NCBI GenBank assembly: GCA_051294375.1
Contig: CM119267.1
Location: forward strand, 12,115,692-12,179,691
From: Paraspadella gotoi
Lineage: Eukaryota; Animalia; Chaetognatha
DNA: 64,000 bases
Direction of reading: 5' to 3'
Position numbers and translations under genes: made by a program. The notes below the pieces were generated by a model that worked only from the letters and a program-made list of their open reading frames with translations, did no database searches and was not told where the DNA came from. This document shows, piece by piece, positions 57,638-64,000 of this stretch (position 1 is the stretch's first letter; every line of letters begins with the position of its first letter).

Positions 57638-58584
57638 AGGACGAGGTGCTGATATTGTTCGAGCGAGATTATCTTGACTGGTAGAATTGTTTTTGAACCT
57701 TTGATTTATACAATCACAATTGCTGACTGCGAATTTCGTAAATTATTTTTGCTTTTGAATCTCGAACGTACGAATACTACGAATAGCCTTCAGATTAATG
57801 TTCATAGAAAAATGGCAATATTTGAGTTTTTTTTTCAGCTGAATGACTTTATAGCCGTACCTAATGATTAATATTTAAAGCAACGGTATGGAACAACAAA
57901 CACTATCGAAAATCTAGCTTTTGTTGATAACTTCCTGTTGTATGTTAATCTCGTTTTTTTTTCGTAATAAACAAATATCGTGGTAACAAGTCTATTTTTT
58001 CAATGAGATGAGGTACTAATGCTTAAACATATTACAAGTATGTTGATGTACAGTTTACAATAATTTACCTGACGAAGGGAGAAACATTTCTTTTTTTATC
58101 TTTCAATGGGTAAAAACTGATGTATACAATCTTACGTTTTTTAAAATAACATTTTCAACGGCTCAGGTTTTGCTTCTGCTTTGTGCTCGACTTATTTTAA
58201 ACTGTCTCTGCCCCTTATCATTCCGCGCATCTGAACTAAACCACTTCAGTGAACAGTGGACACATACAGTTTCCTGCGATATTCATTGATAAAGTATTTG
58301 AGTCATGTTTAAACAGGTAAGAATGATGTAAGACGGAGTAAAGTATGAGAGGGTGAAGGCAAGGAATGGAATTCACTAAAGGGTGATCCTAAGCTCGTAG
58401 GTAAAAAAAAGGCTTTTTATTCGTAAATTTAAGGTAATAATCGATCGAATTTGATAGATTTGTATTTTTATCTTTTGACGCAGCATCACAGAGACAAAGC
58501 CTGTTCATGTATTACGCAACTCCCATGGAAGGAAGTTTCACTTGAGGGTGCCTATACATTATACGCTACACTGTGACCATTTGA

Positions 58585-59528
58585 AACCCGCCGCTGTAAA
58601 AAATCCAGCATACGTAGAGATTTTAACATTTTGAAAAAAGATATATAAAGACAAAACATACTCATTTTTTATGTATAAATTTCTTGATAATTGAATTTAT
58701 TTTGAGTTCATTGTATTAAGCCTTTGTTTTGTTGTTTATTTAAATTATTTGGAGAGAAAACGAAAATTTGTTATTTAATAACAATGATTTGTTTTATTTA
58801 AATCGGACATGTTTCGACTCATCTGATGAATTCATAATGCTGAATGAAGACTCGAAAGTCAGAGTCGAAACATGTCCGATTTAAATAAAACAAATCATTG
58901 TTGTTAAATAACAAATTTTTGTTTTCTTACCAAATATTTCAAGTTCGTAATGAGTTAATAAAAGGAGCAAATTCGAGCTTTTCAATCAGAAATAAAGGGT
59001 AATTCGTTACCTGGAATTGATGGCTCTGTTAAACAATCAGAATCTTACTAATTAGTATTAATAAGAAAGCCCGTTAAAAATTGATTCAGGAATATTGATT
59101 ATAATTTCTTAAAAGTAATATACTTTGTCACTGATTATTATTATACCTTATATTTATAACTTTCATTTAGCCCCAAAAATATATTATTTTATACTACAGA
59201 ATCGAAAATTGTATCATAGTTACAGTTTTTAAAGGGTTTTCAGGCAATATAAATATTATTGTTATTTTTTGAAAGACTCTTTTATAAATTGTCCAGAAAA
59301 TAAAACATAAATTTTGTATTCAAAAACATTAGGCTATCATGCCGGAATATTAGTTTCAAAGCTATCTTTTACCTCTTTCTGTTAAAGTAGAAGTAAACCA
59401 AAAGAAATGATATTTATACATAAAAAATGAGTATGTCTTATCTTTAAAAGTTTATGTCCTACATTTCTTTTAAAAATTTTAAAATCTTTTCACGTGTTCC
59501 TTTGGTAATTTTTTTTTAGCGGCGGGTT
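58585..59528. mobile_element. MITE with about 100-bp imperfect TIRs
   Basis: AACCCGCCGCT..CATACTCATTTTTTATGTATAAAT mirrored by ATTTATACATAAAAAATGAGTATG..AGCGGCGGGTT; hosts the 58746-58936 palindrome. Confidence 0.7.
58746..58936 (+). mobile_element. Penelope-like fold-back (about 75-bp inverted arms) containing a hammerhead motif at ~58836-58881
   Basis: Arms 58746-58820 and 58862-58936 are reverse complements. CTGAATGA-A-GACTC(GAAAGTCA)GAGTC-GAAA-CATGTC, with one extra base in the core. Confidence 0.75.
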
Positions 59529-60073
59529 GTTGAAAAATATCTTTTTTTTAAAAAAAGATTATTTTGTAATTTATATTAAATTAAAAACTAGGACAATGTT
59601 CATGGGGGAATGGTTTCGTTCATACATGAGATTAATACGCCCGGTAACTGCTACTTCGATGTAGTTTTAAATATTTTTATGAGACAAGTTTTAGCCCGTT
59701 TTCTTTTTTATATTTGGTGTAAAAGATTTAGAATAAAAATCATGCAAAAATATGTTTTTATCCGGAATTTTATTTAAATAGCAGTGTTTGAAACAAGAGC
59801 TATTTCTTTTTTTCGAAATAAGTAAGACACGGTGAAAGTTAACGTGGCGAAATTTTTAGCATATTTTTTTATCTGAGAGCCAAACTTGAAGCTTTATATT
59901 AATACGCGTTTGGCTCTACCAGACTTCCTTAACTTTTACCTACAAAAAAGGAAAATTATAAAAAAGGCAACAAGAAGCAGATTCGTGGTATCAAAAATCT
60001 CTGATAAAATGATATACTTCTTTATTTGTCAGCTAAACCATATAGCCAAAAATTATCAAAAATGATTATAATC

Positions 60074-60641
60074 ATATACAATTGAAACATTCTTTGAAAT
60101 ATTTTCCACTTCATTGATAGGGAAGCCAGGTACTCTGGGAGTGAATAAACGAGACTGTGAAAGAGTCTTGATTGAAAACTTGCAGGGACCTGCTATGTCA
60201 TTATCTTGTAAGAGTGATGGAGGCCTTAAACCACCAAAGCCTGTCCAAAGTCAGGGGCAAGATAGCTTATTTATTAAATGAATGGATAATTTTTATATTG
60301 GTTGTACCAATTTCATAAAATTCAGCTCCTTGTATTTTGATGCTAGTGCGGAGTACAATAAGTATTCCCCGATCTAATACTTTAGGGAGTGGTCTTTTCA
60401 TACAATTGAAACATTCTTTGAAATATTTTCCACTTCATTGATAGGGAAGCCAGGTACTCTGGGAGTGAATAAACGAGACTGTGAAAGAGTCTTGATTGAA
60501 AACTTGCAGGGACCTGCTATGTCATTATCTTGTAAGAGTGATGGAGGCCTTAAACCACCAAAGCCTGTCCAAAGTCAGGGGCAAGATAGCTTATTTATTA
60601 AATGAATGGATAATTTTTATATTGGTTGTACCAATTTCATA
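60074..60641 (+). repeat. Family D, about 1.7 near-identical units
   Basis: ATACAATTGAAAC at ~60076 and ~60400; further fragments at 55816-55917, ~7738-7790 and ~4390-4420. Confidence 0.92.
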
Positions 60642-61506
60642 CTAAATGATAACTGAGACCAAGATCTTACTATCTGATCCATTATTTGATAATTTTGAAT
60701 TAAGATACGATAAGTTTTAGTTCAATCAGTTTGAAAACTCAAATCATAAATTTTTTTTCATTTTTTTAAGATTTGACTTTGTTTTTTTACTGTATTCCTT
60801 ATGTATTGCAGCAAAGAATAAGGAAGATATTTTGAGTTAAGGCATATTATTATAATCATATGTGTATATTTTGAAACCATTCAGACTACAACTTCTGAAC
60901 TATAAATAATCTTATTTGTTAAAAAAATTTGAAAAAAAATATTTAAAAAAAAAAGTTTATAGCTATTTGATTTTGCTATAATCTGTTTAAGTTAATATAT
61001 ATATTTTTATTTAAAAAAAACTTATATAATGGTATGAATATAAAAAAGATAAATTGGAATGGTAAAAGTATAAAAAGTAAAGAGCTAGAATAAAAATTAA
61101 GTAAAGAATGAAAGATCAAAAAGAAAAAAAAATAGAATGAAAGAGAAAAATATAAAAAAATAGAGAAGGATAGAGAGTGAGAGAGAAAAAGAGTCATTGG
61201 AGTTGTTATTATTATGAGCATAATTATTGTTGTTATTATTGTTGTAGCATATTTTTACTTTTTAAAATAAAAAAATTAAGGGTTAAAATTATTTTTTATT
61301 TAAATAAATTTTTCTTAGCATCATTTTATCCAAATTTAAGATTAAGCTCAATCAACCTCTTTTCTGGCCACACACAAAATTTAAAATCAATCCATCAATT
61401 TATTCAAGTGTAATGATAGGTCAAAGTTATAAATGGATGAATAAATAGATATATGGATAGATATATGGATATTGGATAGAGGGAAGGATTCAATTTTTTC
61501 AGATAA

Positions 61507-61704
61507 TTTTTTTGAATTAGAAGAAACAAAATTTCCATGGAACAACAAAATAATTTTATTAGCATAAAATTTGGACATGTTTTGGCTTTGTTCTTCAAGC
61601 CTTCATCAGCATTTGATGAACAAAGCCGAAACATGTACAAATTTTATGCTAATAAAATTATTTTGTTGTTCCATGAAAATTTTGTTTCTTTTAATTCAAA
61701 AAAA
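61507..61704 (-). mobile_element. Penelope-like fold-back (about 90-bp arms) with a degenerate hammerhead at ~61568-61613 on minus
   Basis: Minus strand GCTGATGAAGGCTTGAAGAACAAAGCC-AAAA-CATGTCC (GAAA mutated); the plus-strand arm keeps AAAGCC-GAAA-CATGTAC. Similar to the 53218 copy. Confidence 0.75.
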
Positions 61705-62249
61705 CAACAAAAAAAAGAAAGGATTAACACAAAGATAATTTTTTATAATTCAGTATTCTAATATGAACCAAGTAATTTATTAACAAAAGAGTGGAGAGAT
61801 AAATAAATGAAATTGTTTTTAGAGTTGGACTATTATAAAACAAATATTTTATATGTTAATTTTCTCTCATTATCCTATATTTAGTCATATCCTAACTTAC
61901 AAATATTATTTTGTATTGATTTTTGTTCATATATGAAGAGAACCATGTTTTATATAACCCATTCAAATATGACGATTTCAATTACCGATTTTTTTTTATG
62001 GCTGCATACACTACGCCACGCTAATTTTCATCGTGTCGTAAATCGTTTTTCCAATTGGCTAAATTTTTCTTTTGACAACTTTTTTAAGACCTTCGCGACG
62101 ATATTTTGGAATATCAAGACATGGAGGTACAACAGTGAAACCAAAAATTCCTAAAAAAAAAACATAAAAAAAAAAATATTCAAGTAATTATTTAAATACA
62201 GCGACGAGAGAGAAAGGAGTGATTGTTTGCCTAAAGGGCGACCGGTACG

Positions 62250-63960
62250 TCACACGGTCGTTTCAGAGTTGGGAGCGAAGTTTTCGGGCAGCGTATAGTT
62301 TCTTGGGAGGGAGTTGCACGGGTACGCGGTTCTTTGGTCATCCTGCGGGGTGTAGCCGTGCTTCTGTTGCTGCTGGGTCGGCGCGGCGATCACGCCGTTG
62401 CCCCGGCAGGCAGCTTCGAGGACACCGGGGCCGACTAGCGACGGCGTCTCATTCTGTCCCGTGTAAAAGGTAGCGGGATCGTAGGAGATCGTAGACGCGC
62501 CGTTGGAAGTGTCGCCGCCGCCTCCTCCGTTGCTCCGCCGGCCGAACTCGTTGACGACCGGCTTCAGATATGCGGAGGAGGAGTTCGGCGGCAGAACGTG
62601 CGGCGGGAGGGAGCCGGTGGCGTCGGACGCGACGACGACGACGGGGGGATAGTCGAGTAGCGACTGGGGAACGTCGCAGGCGGAGTGGCCGAAGGAGAAG
62701 GAGCGGGAGAGCGGACCGGGTGGCGGTAGACCACCCCCGCCGACGCCACCGCCTCGCCGAGACAGAGTGGGAGTGGTTTTAATCTTTCCCATTCCGCTGC
62801 CTGACAGAGACAGAGACAAAATCCGGTGTCCAGTTTGAAGAGACGGGAGAAACTAAGAAATAGGCATACTACGTGCACGTCGGAATTTGAAAGATAGATG
62901 TTTATTGTTTAATGGTTTGGTAGGAAAATAAAAATAGTATTCTCTTCCCAAAATTAACGTGAATTTTACGAGACTTTACGCTGTCCAATTCAACAATTAT
63001 ATTTTTAATAAGTAATAAGTTATTACACTTATTTTTAAACTACTCCGTGCAAATATAAAAACTAAAATAAGAAAAAAAAAGAACGTGACTTACTTAAGAC
63101 AAGTGGCGCCACATCTCACCTATGGTGCCGTAACCGGAAGACGGCTGCCCACCTATCGCCGCTTGTCGCTGCTCTGGAAATCTCGTCGGAAGCGCGAAGG
63201 GCGTGGAAAGAAAGTCACTTTTAGGTTCGACGACGCCGCCCGCGCCGCCCGCGACGCCGCTCGGCCTCGTAATGCCGCCTCGCGCCTGAGGTGCCGTCCC
63301 GACTTCGGCCCCGGAACCCATGGCGGCGACGTCGGGGCGCCAGTGGATCGGAGGAACCGTCGGCTGCGGAGGCGCCTCCGATTCGCCGGTCTCTCGAGCG
63401 TAGGCCTGGTTCATGACGGCGGCGGCCGCGGCGGCTGCTGCGGAGGCGTGTCCGGCGGCCGCTTGCTGCGCCTGATGCAGCGCCGCTAGATCCTGCGCCA
63501 GAAGCGGCGTTTCCGAGGCGTCGCTCTTGGATCGCGCGTGACGCGGGCGCTTCAGCGAGCGCTTCCCGGGGCCGCCACGGTGCTTGGAAGGCGGCGTCGC
63601 TTGCAGTTGCTGATGCAAATGCTGCTGTTGCTGTTGTTGCTGCTGCAGTTGTTGCTGGTGCTCCAAATGCATCTGGTGCATGTGCTGCTGGTGCTGCTGA
63701 TGCTGAAGGGCGTCGTGATACGACGGCGGCGGGGCGTTAACGCCGCCGCCGCCGCCGCCGCCGAATCCCTGACTCGGTTTCTGCGTTCCGGGCGACGAGG
63801 ACGCCTTCGCGCTTGACGGCGGCGTCGGTCCGCCGCCCGTCATGTGATCGCTGGCGACGCCGCCACCCGAGGAAGACATCAAAACGGCGCCGCCTGGGTT
63901 GTACGTCAGGCGCTGTCCGTCCGGCGTCTTTAGACTAGACTTAGGGCTTCGGTCGAGAAT
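62250..63960 (-). CDS. Last two exons of an unidentified low-complexity protein (polyQ/H, PPPSY, C-terminal class I PDZ ligand ETTV)
   Basis: GC-rich open frames. Exon 63960-63120 (acceptor AG at 63962-63961, ILDRSPKSSLKTPDGQRLTYNPG..; donor GTGAGA) joins in phase 1 to exon 62800-62250 (acceptor CTGTCAG; ..APNSETTV*). Upstream exons lie beyond the window. Confidence 0.75.
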
Positions 63961-64000
63961 CTGTCAAGAATTGTGATGTTTGGATGTTTCGTTGTTAAGA

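Overview
AT-rich, microsatellite-rich animal (invertebrate-like) genomic DNA with spliceosomal introns and one 10-N gap (21272-21281). Protein-coding content reconstructed by reading splice sites by eye: (1) ten exons of a GALNT10/pgant6-like polypeptide GalNAc-transferase on + (9922-38938; 5' exons not found in the window); (2) a divergent BMP-type R-Smad on + (~43679-57637, ending SSVS) whose introns host two complete genes, an intronless same-strand RECQL5 (46440-49232) and an antisense 7-exon D-aspartate oxidase-like gene (52081-56286); (3) the last two exons of an unidentified low-complexity protein on - (62250-63960) with a PPSY motif, polyQ and a C-terminal ETTV. Introns and intergenic DNA are packed with non-autonomous elements: hAT MITEs with 8-bp TSDs, a decayed Tc1, Helentron-like repeats and a ~325-bp head-to-tail repeat. 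The most interesting non-coding signals are three Penelope-type minimal hammerhead ribozyme motifs (one intact, two in fold-back palindromes) and a family of short LTR-like elements followed by a tRNA-like primer-binding site, one carrying a tRNA-type Pol III promoter inside the LTR. All family assignments are from recalled motifs, not from database searches.
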